Source of the DNA: Tubiluchus corallicola
Taxonomy: Eukaryota; Animalia; Priapulida
Reading direction: 5' to 3'
NCBI GenBank assembly: GCA_030141605.1
Contig: JAQGDQ010000997.1
Span: 1 to 64,000 of the forward strand
Length of the DNA: 64,000 bases
The notes beneath the pieces were generated by a model that saw only the letters and a program-made list of their open reading frames with translations, ran no database searches and was not told the DNA's origin. The position numbers and the translations under genes are program-made. Of the stretch, positions 1 to 35,829 are shown piece after piece (position 1 is the first letter of the stretch; every line of letters starts with the position of its first letter).

Positions 1-144
1 CAAACAAACAATAATAATTTACATGAGCATAAACATTGATCTAAAGTAATCTATTAATAAACCATCTAACGGGGTGTAATGTTCTGTCAGCTCTAAGATA
101 CAGTATCTACACATCTTTAGTTTGGCAGAAGCTTTTATAACATA

Positions 145-699
145 GGGGAGACCCGGGTAAAGTGGATCACTGGGAAAAGCGGATCAAATGTGTTTGCTCT
201 TTTTTCCGTAAGGCGTCGCAGTCTACGCACTGTGTGATGTTACGTCATCATCTACTGTGTACTCTGCATAAACGACCTTGACCTTTGCAAAGTTTGCCTA
301 AGTTTTTCACCCATTTTTTTGTGATTTTTCACTTTTGTAGATCATGATGATAAATTCCACTTAGTGCAGATTTATTTGCAACCGTTTTTACATATGATGG
401 ATGCTTCATATCAATTTATTTTTGCAAAATAGACAAAATCGATTTAAAAGATATTGTTAGTTATGTTCCGGTATGATCCACTATGCCCGTAAAAGATCCA
501 CTTTGCCCTAGAAATTTTGGTTTGGTATTTCGGAATTATCTGTTAAACGAGTAATAGTAATTATAAGTTTTTACCACACGAATATAGCAGAGTTTCCTAC
601 GGAAGAATAGGACATGTAATTGATTGTTACAGATCAAACGTCTTGAACTCTATGAGCGAAAACCCTTAAGTGGGGAAACCACTTTACCCGGGCCTCCCC
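145..699. mobile_element. MITE with TA target site (Tc1/mariner/pogo-type, non-autonomous)
   Basis: TA|GGGGAGACCCGGGTAAAGTGG ... CCACTTTACCCGGGCCTCCCC|TA terminal inverted repeats. Confidence 0.8.
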
Positions 700-999
700 T
701 ACGATATTCATAACATCTTAAATAGGTTCAGGTACACGTTTAAGATCACGTGTGCCATGCAAGGTCAAAACTACCTATGAATGCGGCTTCAAAGTGTTTA
801 AACTCAGTTTTACATTTGCAACGGTCCACGATAGACTGGAATATTAAATATACAAACTGCTAGTTAAGTGAAGTGAAAAACATTCAAAAATATTCCACAT
901 GAAATGTAATAGACGAGACATGGCTAACAATCACATATTTCTCTTGTTAAGTTGTCGTTTTGTAATTGGTGCTGTGAGCAGAATTTTTACACATTCTAG

Positions 1000-22806
<21,807 letters not shown>

Positions 22807-22836
22807 AAGAAGAACACTTCTAACTAACTTACTTCT

Positions 22837-23436
22837 TAAAGGAAGACAGGATGATTTTTTTATATCCTAGCACATTTTCAAGTACGGTAAAAGTATACGT
22901 TTTAACACAGCTAATACTGCAAAAGCGTTTCTGATAATTAAATAGTAGATTAAAAATTTAGTTAACGGCTGGCGAGCCCAACTATTGATGACATCACAAA
23001 CTAACACAATTTTCAATAGCAAGAATATTCCACGAGCGTGGTGCACGTGTTTGCAAAAGAGAAAATTGAAGTACAGTGCTACTGTAAGCTATTCAGTGTG
23101 TTGTACTAAAACTAGGCAAGTTTTAAGATAAAAATTCAAATTCTAAATTTACGCCTGTGCTCACGCATGAGCTGTCGAACGTGTGCAGTTCGTGAGAAAC
23201 TAACACATCTGAACTGAGAGGTACAGCACCTGTTTTTGTGCTATACGCTTCCGAAATCCAGGCGCTGGTGTCCGTCTAACTAGCGAATGGCGAAATGCAT
23301 GTAACAGCGAAGAACTAGTGGCGCGAACGTGAAATTGCGTTTGTGTGGTAATAATTCTTGCACGTAAGTCAGTTTCGAAAAAAGATTGTTTCCTTTCAAT
23401 ATTTTAAAGAGTAGATTATTTTGACCTACAGTTTAA
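22837..23436. mobile_element. Dispersed TTAA-bounded non-autonomous element (possibly Kolobok-like); partial copies ~9570-9850, ~15298-15375, 31686-32140 and mirrors
   Basis: ttaaaggaagacaggatgattttt...gagcccaactattgatgacatcacaaac...ttgacctacagtttaa recurs in the window. Confidence 0.6.
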
Positions 23437-23665
23437 GATTGTAAAGCTAATGTAGTGTTCTTAGAAGACATTACTAAAGTTGAAAAGTCAGAAATGTCTT
23501 TAGTAACTGTGGTATAAACTTGTGATATTCTGTTTGTAAAATGTAAAGATTGTCAAGTTATCTAGTTCTTATCGTAAGCTTTGCGTATGAGTTGTACGTA
23601 TTATTTTGTCTAAGTGTAAAATTTATAAAAACGTGTGTGGAAAGATAGATTATCTGATGTGTTAT

Positions 23666-24810
23666 TAGTTTAAACATAATTTATGATAGGATTGGATCTG
23701 ACAGTTTAAACAACATGATTTAGGATCCTCACCACAACAGACTTTATACACTATTTACAAAACATTTACGGTAAGACTAGACTATAACTACACAAGCTGA
23801 CAAGTTTTACTACAAGAATACATTAGACATTAATAACATTTACAGTAAGAATTGACTATAACTACACAAGCTGACAAGTTTTACTACAAGAATACATTAG
23901 ACATTAATAACATTTACAGTAAGAATAGACTATAACTGCACAAGCTGATAAGTTTTACTACAAGATTACATTAGACATTAGTAACATTTACAGTAAGAAT
24001 AGACTATAACTACACAAGCTGACAAGTTTTACTACAAGAATACATTAGACATTAATAACATTTACAGTAAGAATTGACTATACCCACACAAGCTGACAAG
24101 TTAAACTACAAGATTACATTAGATATTAGTAACATTTACAGTAAGAATTGACTATAACTACACAAGCTGACGAGTTTTACTACAAGATTACATTAGTCAT
24201 TAGTAGAAAATGACGGTTAGAAAATATTAATGTACGATTATTTAAGACTGATGCATTAGAGACTATGCATTTAAGACTGATGCATTTCATATCAGATAGA
24301 AACTACTGGAAGCATTTAGTACGTAATATACAGTCATGTATACATTGGAATATTTTACAGTTAGCAACATAGTTAAATTCATCTTTTCCGAATAATAACA
24401 ACTTCAACAGATCATTATTTCCTAAGGCAGCTATATTAAGGTTTTCAGGCAGAAGCATTTCATTTAGTTTATCAAACATAACAACCCTAGTTTGTTGATA
24501 CAATGGGCAGTGCAACAAAAAGTGTTCAACAGACTCGAATCGAAATCCACAGTTACAATTCGGCAATATTGGATGACCGTTATTATCTTTACAGCCTTTA
24601 GAGAAAAGGTCATAGTTTAGCTGAGAAAATCCGATTCTCATGCGCGTATGATGCACTGATATTGGAGGTTTACCAAATGAAAAATGTTTCTTACGCAACG
24701 AAAAACTTAAATGAGATTTGAGCTCTTGTTTGAATTGTGAAATGGATGTAATTTCACGAATGTTCTGTGGTAAGTTGTTCCACATGTTAATGGTCGATAT
24801 GAAAAACGAT
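23666..24810 (-). mobile_element. CR1/L2-like LINE 3' end, family X (6 UTR units); mirror 46731-47875
   Basis: ORF 24303-24785 plus tandem UTR and terminus. Confidence 0.87.
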
Positions 24811-24957
24811 ATGAAGTGTTATTACGACATCATATTTGCAGTGCATCTGTCACATGAACATTCATTGACGCCTAACCTGAATGTGTCTTTCGTGCAGATT
24901 TGTGGTATGTTTCAATGCGTTTGGATGGAAACAGCATAATTATCGCTAATTTCACAC

Positions 24958-25335
<378 letters not shown>

Positions 25336-25852
25336 CATTACTCCACTCAAGATCCACTTTAATCTTGATCTGCTACACTCTTATTTACTTCTTATGGAAG
25401 TTATATGCGAATCGATATGATACAGGTGTCAGTTTATATCAAACCAAGCTTTCAAGCGGTAAGATAACGCATCCGCTCTTTGCTGTCCAGTCTTACACAG
25501 AAGTGGTTTTTTTTTAGAAAATGCGCGGGCTCTCGCGGGATCAACTTTGTCCAGCGGAGCGCACCGCGAAAAGTAGACGAATTTGACATTCTCAAAGAGC
25601 ATACACGTGGCGAGAGATCCCAGTCATACATCCCATACATAAGGAAAGGGCCAAAGTAATTGCATTTACACTAACGGTCTTGGTCACAGTTACACAGAAA
25701 GGGGGCCAAAATTACTCACACCAAATGCAAGTCTTAGTACCTCTGTCGGGTTTTTATAGTGGAATAAACATGTAAACGCGTTTTAGTTTTTTCTGTTTTC
25801 TTCTAGAGGTTTGATAAAAAAAATCTCTCGGAAAAAATGGAAAGACACAGCA

Positions 25853-26479
25853 TTAGTTTAAACATAATTTATTTAGGATTGGATCAGACAGTTTGAACAA
25901 CATGATTTAGGATCCTCACCACAACAGACTTTATACACTATTTACAAGAACATTTACAGTAAGAATATACTATAACTACACAAGCTGACAAGTTTTACTA
26001 CAAGATTACATTAGACATTAGTAACATTTCCAGTAAGAATAGACTATGACTACACAAGCTGACAAGTTTTACTACAAGAATACATTAGACATTAGTAACA
26101 TTTACAGTAAGAATAGACTATAACTACACAAGCTGACAAGTTTTACTACAAGATTACATTAGACATTAGTAACATTTACAGTAAGAATAGACTATACCTG
26201 CACAAGCTGACAAGTTTTACTACAAGATTACATTAAACATTAGTAGAAAATGACGGTTAGGAAATATTAATGTACGAATATTTAAGATGATGCATTTCAT
26301 ATCAGATAGAAACTACTGGAAGCGTTTAGTACGTAATATAAAGTCATGTATCCATTGGAATATTTTACAGTTAGCAACATAGTTAAATTCATCTTTTCCG
26401 AATAATAACAACTTCAACAGATCATTAGTTCCTAAGGCAGCTATCTGAAGGTTTTCGGGAAGAAGTATTTCATTTAATT
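25853..26479 (-). mobile_element. CR1/L2-like LINE 3' end, family X (4 UTR units); mirror 45071-45697
   Basis: Same ORF tail and terminus. Confidence 0.85.
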
Positions 26480-27010
26480 CCGGGACACAGCGTTCCAGGA
26501 CGCAACCTTCAGGCGGAAGGACCGAGGTTCGAAACACGATTATACATTTGTTATTTCTTGTTATTAAAAACTTGAGACTAGCTAATTTCCTGTTCACTGA
26601 CGCCATTTCCTGTTCCCTCCGCATTAGACTCGGAGCAAATACAATATATTGGAAATAGCCTGTAGTGGATTATCCACTTTTCAATCCATAACACTATTGA
26701 CACAGCGAATCAGTGTGCATGATGGACGCCAGGGTTTGCTTAATCTGGGCCAAATGCGCAGGATATTTACCAAGTTTGGCGGTAAATATTGGCATTATTC
26801 CGTCTAAGCCTAAACTGCATTAAATGTGAAGCCATATAATATATCTTTGATAGATCACCATGGCAGTGAGAAAAATTGCCCTCATTTCCTCAAGTTACTG
26901 CAGATTGTAACAGACTTAAGCGAGTAGAATGATGATAGACCCGCTGGGTACATGTTACTTGGTACAAATCATCTAGCTATCTGCTGCACGTGATTTTAAA
27001 TTCTCTTCCC

Positions 27011-27672
<662 letters not shown>

Positions 27673-27989
27673 TGGTTTCATCTCTTCTCGGCTTGTTCGC
27701 TGATTTTACAGTCGTTTTCTTGTTTACCTTCCTTCTCAATTTCCTGGCTGTTATATCCCCAACTCCCGTCTCAATCAGTTTTATTGCCAGGAATTATTAT
27801 ATTGCGCCTCCATTATGCGCTAGAGAAGAAACACATCCTAAATCACAGCCTTAAGAAATCCAGACCATTAATTTGTCAAGAAATGATCAGTAAACTAAAA
27901 TTTATGAAGATGAACAGCTTCTTGACATATCAAGTACAGCTCATCAGTGATGACGACTTGCCCTCATTTTCCTCAAAATTTTCCTCATT

Positions 27990-28187
27990 GTCATCATCGT
28001 CATCGTCATTATCATCATCATTATCATCATTATTATCATATCATCATATTATCATCATTATCATCATCATCATCATCATCATCATCATCGTCGTGGTCGT
28101 TGTCGTCGTCTCGTCGTCGCCATCATCATTATTGTCATCGCCATCATCATCATCGCCATCATCATCATTATCATCATCATCACCACC

Positions 28188-28221
<34 letters not shown>

Positions 28222-28270
28222 CCACCACCACCATCGTCATCATCAACATTATCATCATCATCATCATTTA

Positions 28271-28331
<61 letters not shown>

Positions 28332-28415
28332 GTCATCATGTCATCATGCCATCATCGTCGTTATCATCATCATCATCATCATTATCACCATCATCACCAT
28401 CATCATTATCACCAT
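27990..28415. repeat. (CAT)n compound microsatellite; mirror ~43118-43543
   Basis: Direct inspection. Confidence 0.93.
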
Positions 28416-28929
28416 TGATGAATTCAAACGTATTTTTGTTAAAGACAAAAACAAGGTAATTTGTGAAGCAAAATCAGACGTTACTAATAGTATTACTAAT
28501 TAGGCGTAATAACGTACTACGTACAATACTTTATATAGTGAAAATGGACTTCTGGCTTATTGAGATTTCACAAGAAATTGTTGGTGGTCATTGGAATTGG
28601 CAGTGAGACACTTAGGCAGCCCTGAAAATACGGACACGAAAACGCTATCAGAATTCATTTTAGCACATGCGACCGTGTCAAATCATCAATCGACCATCAT
28701 TTTGTCCCCTCTGAACAAACAACGCAGACTGCCGCTCATGAAATTTTTATCCTGCGTGCCAGTTTTTCTTGCCTGAAGAAGCGAATCCACTGCTCGTCAC
28801 CATTAGCGGTTTGCTCTGGAATGAATAATTTGTGTAAAAGAAACAAGAGACTTCCGTGTTCAACAGGATGCACGTCGGATAACCGATAGTCAGAAACAAG
28901 ATTTTGCACTTTTGTTTGGCATGAATATT

Positions 28930-30411
28930 GTGTACCGTCTGCTAGTGTTCACCACCAAGAGCACAGGACCAGGAGTGTACAGTCTGCGAGTGTTCACCAC
29001 CAAGAGCACAGGACCAGGAGTGTACCGTCTGCGAGTGTTCACCGCCAAGAGCACAGGACCAGGAGTGTACCGTCTGCGAGTGTTCACCACCAAGAGCACG
29101 GGACCAGGAGTGTACCGTCTGCGAGTGTTCACCGCCAAGAGCACGGGACCAGGAGTGTACCGTCTGCGAGTGTTCACCGCCAAGAGCACGGGACCAGGAG
29201 TGTACCGTCTGCAAGTGTTCACCGCCAAGAGCACAGGACCAGGAGTGTACCGTCTGCGAGTGTTCACCACCAAGAGCACAGGACCAGGAGTGTACCGTCT
29301 GCGAGTGTTCACCGCCAAGAGCACGGGACCAGGAGTGTACCGTCTGCGAGTGTTCACCACCAAGAGCACAGGACCAGGAGTGTACCGTCTGCAAGTGTTC
29401 ACCGCCAAGAGCACGGGACCAGGAGTGTACCGTCTGCGAGTGTTCACCGCCAAGAGCACAGGACCAGGAGTGTACCGTCTGCAAGTGTTCACCGCCAAGA
29501 GCACAGGACCAGGAGTGTACCGTCTGCGAGTGTTCACCACCAAGAGCACAGGACCAGGAGTGTACCGTCTGCGAGTGTTCACCGCCAAGAGCACAGGACC
29601 AGGAGTGTACCGTCTGCGAGTGTTCACCGCCAAGAGCACGGGACCAGGAGTGTACCGTCTGCGAGTGTTCACCACCAAGAGCACAGGACCAGGAGCATAC
29701 CGTCTGCAAGTGTTCACCCGCCAAGAGCACGGGACCAGGAGTGTACCGTCTGCGAGTGTTCACCACCAAGAGCACAGGACCAGGAGTGTACCGTCTGCGA
29801 GTGTTCACCGCCAAGAGCACAGGACCAGGAGTGTACCGTCTGCGAGTGTTCACCGCCAAGAGCACGGGACCAGGAGTGTACCGTCTGCGAGTGTTCACCG
29901 CCAAGAGCACAGGACCAGGAGCATACCGTCTGCAAGTGTTCACCGCCAAGAGCACGGGACCAGGAGTGTACCGTCTGCGAGTGTTCACCGCCAAGAGCAC
30001 AGGACCAGGAGTGTACCGTCTGCGAGTGTTCACCGCCAAGAGCACAGGACCAGGAGTGTACCGTCTGCGAGTGTTCACCGCCAAGAGCACGGGACCAGGA
30101 GTGTACCGTCTGCGAGTGTTCACCGCCAAGAGCACAGGACCAGGAGCATACCGTCTGCAAGTGTTCACCGCCAAGAGCACGGGACCAGGAGTGTACCGTC
30201 TGCGAGTGTTCACCACCAAGAGCACAGGACCAGGAGTGTACCGTCTGCGAGTGTTCACCGCCAAGAGCACAGGACCAGGAGTGTACCGTCTGCGAGTGTT
30301 CACCGCCAAGAGCACGGGACCAGGAGTGTACCGTCTGCGAGTGTTCACCGCCAAGAGCACAGGACCAGGAGTGTACCGTCTGCGAGTGTTCACCGCCAAG
30401 AGCACGGGACC
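28930..30411. repeat. 45-bp GC-rich minisatellite, ~33 copies; mirror 41122-42603
   Basis: Unit gtgtaccgtctgcgagtgttcaccgccaagagcacaggaccagga. Confidence 0.96.
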
Positions 30412-31231
30412 ACGAGGACCCAGCAGCCCAACTGTCGCAGATGTGAGCATTTAATTTACAGTTTATTATTAATTTTTATTTGTAGTTTTAAACTTTAGTT
30501 TTTCATTACCACTAAGTCAGTGCTGACATCTGTTTGTACACTTGGAAGTTTTCAATATATGTATGTACTTGCTACTGTTATATGCTTGTATGGAACTGGG
30601 TCACTTGGCTTCTCTGGGAATGTATCAGTTTTTCACACTTGGTAGCAAGATTAGAGGACAAGCAATAGGCTTAAATGGCGGTTTGGTTATAATAACGTTT
30701 TGACTCAGGTGCCATGATATATTGGCTGTTGGATTTACTTTAACATTTGTTTACTACTGTTGATTATGTTTACCATTTACGTGTATATGTGGATTGACAA
30801 TGAGACTATGATTTTGAGTAAAATACAGATCGCAAAGTTAAACCAATGTGGATTGACAATGACACTATGATTTTGAGTAAAATACAGATCGCAAAGTTAA
30901 ACCATGTTTTCAACCAGTGATTTCATCTGTTTAACACGAACATTGCAACTACAAAAACAGTCTGATAAACCTGCCAATGTCGGTTGTTGGCTCTCCCCAA
31001 AACACCCCAGCGACAACTTTAGCGTCACGACACCAACCACCCCGAGAGATTCAGACGCAAATAAAAACTGAGTGACTGCAATTGCAATAATATCGTTTTT
31101 ATTAGCTGTCTAAGTAAGAGTAAAGATAAAAGAGTCCAATCAAGTAGACTCTGTGTAACACTGTGCAAAGAAAACATAGTAAAGACTCTAAGTGATAATC
31201 AGGCAATGCAAACAAAAGAACGAAAGAAATG

Positions 31232-31233
<2 letters not shown>

Positions 31234-31322
<89 letters not shown>

Positions 31323-31507
31323 TCATCATCATCAGCAGCAGCAGCAGCATCATCAGCATCATCATCGTCGTCGTCGTGGTTATCATCATCGTCATCGTCA
31401 TCGCCATCGCCATCATGTCATCATCCTCATCAAGTCATCATCGTCATCATCATCATCGTCATCATCATCATCATCATTATCACCATCATTGTCACCATCA
31501 TTATCAC

Positions 31508-31579
<72 letters not shown>

Positions 31580-31668
31580 CATCATCATCGTCACCATCAT
31601 TATCACCATCATCATCATCAGCACCATCATCATCATCATCATTATCACCATCATCATCATCATAACCA
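31234..31668. repeat. (CAT/CGT/CAG)n microsatellite; mirror ~39859-40296
   Basis: Direct inspection. Confidence 0.93.
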
Positions 31669-32143
31669 TGATCATATACTAAAACTTAAAGTAAGACGGG
31701 ATGATTTTTCATATACTGCCCCATTTTCATTTCCTATAAAATTATACATTTTGACACAATTAATACTGCAAAAACGTTTCTGACAATTAAATAATAGATT
31801 AAAATCTTAGTTAAGGGCGGGCAAGCCCAACTAGTGATGACATCACAAACTAACATAATTTCATAAGATGTTCAATGTGTTGTACTAAAACTAGGCACGT
31901 TTTAAGATAAAAACTGAAATTTCATATTTACGGCTGTGCTCACGCATGAGCTGTCGAACGTGTGCAGTTCGTCACAAACTAACACAATTGAAGTGAAAGG
32001 TACAACACCTGTTTTTTGTACAATGCGTTTCCGAAATCCAGGCGCTAGCGCCCGTCTAACTAGAGAACGGCGAAATACATGTAACAGCGAAGAACTAGTG
32101 GCGCGAACATGAAACTATGTTTGTGTTGTAGTAATTGTTTCAC

Positions 32144-32263
32144 ATCTACGGCCATATCACGTTTAAAACACCGGTTCTCGTCTGATCATCGAAGTTAAGC
32201 AACGTAGAGCCTGGTTAGTACTTGGATTGGTGACCGCCTAGCAATACCAGGTGCTGTAGGCTT
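32144..32263 (+). pseudogene. 5S rRNA: Full-length 5S rRNA-like sequence, probably the head of a SINE3-type element extending to ~32390
   Basis: atctacggccatatcacgtttaaaacaccggttctcgtctgatcatcgaagttaagcaacgtagagcctggttagtacttggattggtgaccgcc...gtgctgtaggctt; no oligo-T terminator follows; body shared with the 12043 copy. Confidence 0.8.
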
Positions 32264-33109
32264 GCGGGATGCCCACACTGTATCTCGGCACTAGGCGGAG
32301 GAGCTGCACAGCCAGCGGCAACAGGACGGAGGTCAAGAGGCTCCATGCGTAGAGGAGTAAACCTCTATAAATCAAACGAAAGGTCTCGATCTAGTGTCGT
32401 GCCATTGAGTGTTTATTTTTCGAATAGGGCCCACAGCGAGGTACGGGGGGCGAAAAACTTCCAAAAATGGCCATTTTCGGCCGTTTTTTTGCAAAATTTA
32501 TATGTCTGATATCTGAAGAACGGGAACGGGCCGAGGGTGGTGCTGGCCATGGGTAGATAGCCCGTTCAGCGTTGGGTATCATAGACGTATTTAAAATTTG
32601 CGAAAGGGCCACGGCGTCCCGCAACGGGCGTTTTCCCGGACACAACGCGATTTTTTTTCGAAATTTTGACCAAACAGCCTGCGGAAAAAACGTTCTAGCG
32701 GCGCCCGGTGTGACTCTCGGAAGGAAATATACGGCTCTTTAGAAAGAGGAAGAACAGGGCTACACGATGGTGAGAGCTATATGTTAGTACATGTCCACTG
32801 AGAGGAGTAGCGACGAGTTAATTAGATGTTCCATTTTCGGCAATTTTCGCTTGGAAAACTGCTGACGCAAAGCTATTGTTCTGACGTCATCCATTATACT
32901 CTGCCATCTTTCGACCATTTTTGACGGAAAATTTTAGGTCGTGCAAAAAATGTTATACATGTATACCCATTCTAACTAACATTGTCGTGGAAATAAACGT
33001 AAGTTTTTTGTAAACTAACTCTGTGTGTTTTTACTTGTGCCTTATTTTTACTCTTGTTTTAAATGTCTGAAATAAATGAATAATAGTTACTTTTGTTATT
33101 GTTGTTGTT

Positions 33110-33365
33110 ATTAATGATGAAAACGACGACGACGACGACGACGACGACGATGATGATGATGATGATGATGATGACGATGATAATAATAATAATGATAATA
33201 GCAATAAGAATAACAATGAGAATATCAATAACAATAACAATGAATATAGCAAGAGCAATAATAATAGCTATAATAATAATAACAATATCAGTAACAATAA
33301 TAATAGCTATATTTATAATAACAACAACAATAATAATAATAATAACAACAATAATAATAATAGTA

Positions 33366-33412
<47 letters not shown>

Positions 33413-33552
33413 GATAATGATAATGATAATGATAATGATAATGATAATGATGGTGATGGTGATGGTGATGGTGATGGTGATGGTGATGGTGATGGTGATG
33501 GTGATGGTGATGGTGATGGTGATGGTGATGGTGATGGTGATAGTGATAGTGA

Positions 33553-33593
<41 letters not shown>

Positions 33594-33594
33594 A

Positions 33595-33629
<35 letters not shown>

Positions 33630-33823
33630 ATAGTAGTTGTAACAGTAACAGTAACAGTAACAGTAACAGTAACAGTAACAGTAACAGTAACAGTAACAGT
33701 AACAGTAACAGTAACAGTAACAGTAACAGTAACAGTAACAGTAACAGTAACAGTAACAGTAACAGTAACAGTAACAGTAACAGTAACAGTAACAGTAACA
33801 GTAACAGTAACAGTAACAATAAC

Positions 33824-33850
<27 letters not shown>
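33110..33850. repeat. Compound tri/hexanucleotide microsatellite (AAT, GATGGT, AGT, AACAGT); mirror ~37668-38417
   Basis: Direct inspection. Confidence 0.95.
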
Positions 33851-33854
<4 letters not shown>

Positions 33855-34726
33855 GTTTTGTTATATATGTTGATTTCATGAATACACACTGTTCTTATAC
33901 CATCTACTGTTTCTGCTTGTAAAGAGTTCAATTCACTTCACTTTTATTTACGAGGCATGAAATGATTCTGCTAGAACGAATGCTGTCGTAATAGATTAAC
34001 CAAAACTTGATTAACTGTTTAACCGTAAAGCAAATTTGTCCAGGCGCTTCACGCGCATGCGCATTAACGTCCCGCGAAGCAAGACCGCAATTATCACGCT
34101 TTGGTTTCTCTAACATTGAGCGGCTAGTAACGTCAACGTGAGGACGTGGTTTCTTTTCCTGGTATCATTGTGTCGCTTGGCCGTGGCTTCTTTTCCTGGT
34201 ATCATTGTGTCGCTTGGACGTGGCTTCTTTTATGTCGCTTGTAGCTTAGAGAAGATTCATTACTTATTTATACCGTACACCTGTCAGTTTCCGTTTCTCG
34301 GTGCATTCATGATTCGTCGATAACATCATCTATAACATCATCTATAACATCATCTATAACGTGACACATTTCGCGTTGGTGTTCCCTAATTTTTTTTAAT
34401 CGAGTTCGGGTGTTGATTATTAGTGAAATTATGTTAATATTAAATTGTGATTTAATTTTAAATGGTTAATTATGTTCGGTGTTTTTGCTGTGAGTGGCTT
34501 CAGTACGACGGGATTGGGATTGCTTTTCTTCTTTATTCAATTGCAACAGGTAACAACAGGTAACACAGGTGAGTTCAATTAGCCATGACTTTCAGGTGTG
34601 ATCCGTAATTTTTTGTTTTAATTTTTTTATTTTAAATTAATTTCATACGTTTAAAGTACATTATTCAAAAATTGAAAAAAAACTTAGCTATACTATAAAA
34701 TTACGATAGAAACTAATAAAATATTT

Positions 34727-35290
34727 ACATACATACATACATACATACACACATACACACATACACACATACATACATACATACATACATACATACATAC
34801 ATACATACATACATACATACATACATACATACATACATACATACATACATACGTACATACGTACATGCGTACATGCGTACACGCGTACATGCGTACACGC
34901 GTACACGCGTACACGCGTACACGCGTACACGCGTACTTGCGTACATGCGTACATACATACATGCCTACCTACCTACCTACCTACCTACCTACCTACCTAC
35001 CTACCTACCTACCTACCTACCTACCTACCTACCTACATACATACATACATACATACATACATACATACATACATACGTACATACATACATGCCTACCTAC
35101 CTACCTACCTACCTACCTACCTACCTACCTACCTACCTACGTACCTACCTACCTACCTACCTACCTACCTACCTACATACATACATACATACATACATAC
35201 ATACATACATACATACATACATACATACATACATACATACATACATACATACATACATACATACATACATACATACATACATACATACAC
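34727..35290. repeat. (ACAT)n/(ACCT)n/(GTACACGC)n compound microsatellite
   Basis: Direct inspection. Confidence 0.95.
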
Positions 35291-35829
35291 ACCCAGACAG
35301 AAAACATAAAAAACACAAGACAGATCACTAAAAATACAATATACAAAGATACAATATGCAGAGGCATGAAACCCAATAAAAATCACCTTTAAAATGGTAA
35401 AATACATTTATTTCATAAAGCAAAACATAGTTTATACCAATTCGTCCTTTTAACTGTAATGTGATATGTAGAGCAAATATACAATTTATCTATTATATTA
35501 TTAAGTATTTCTGCCAGCCCGTACGTAAAGGATGCTGTTATCGTTCGTATAAGAATAACATAGTTAGGAATATTAAAATTTACAAATTTTTCACTTATAC
35601 TGTATCTTCCCAAAATTTTGAGGAGCCTACGAAATGCATTATTGAGCTACCTTTAAAAAATGTAGTTGTATTGGAAAATGTTACACCATAGGGCGCATGC
35701 GTAATACTGACACGCATACGATTTGAACATCATTATTTTCGTATCGCGTATTGCGTACATACGCAACATATGGAAATGCCTCGAAATATTGGGCGAATTC
35801 GAATTGACTCCATGGTCAAAATTAATCGT

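Noticed and set aside
26480-26545. tRNA-like ggttcgaaac segment
   Set aside because: No cloverleaf or A-box is recognisable; too short to call.
28890-30498. Long 250-570 aa ORFs on both strands (and mirrors 41035-42786)
   Set aside because: They arise from a stop-poor 45-bp satellite open in several frames; there is no splice or domain evidence.
32144-32263. Functional 5S rRNA gene
   Set aside because: It is not in a tandem array, has no oligo-T terminator, carries substitutions in conserved positions, and shares a downstream body with another copy; treated as a SINE head or pseudogene.
34040-34580. Possible promoter/first exon (GCGCATGCGC motif, CAG|GTGAGT) at the inner arm end
   Set aside because: Short motifs only, with no downstream exons identifiable; cannot be supported from sequence.
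35751-35766. Small hairpin ttgcgt-acat-acgcaa at the geometric centre of the palindrome
   Set aside because: A 6-bp stem is expected by chance, and the centre position depends on later LINE and microsatellite length changes in the spacer.
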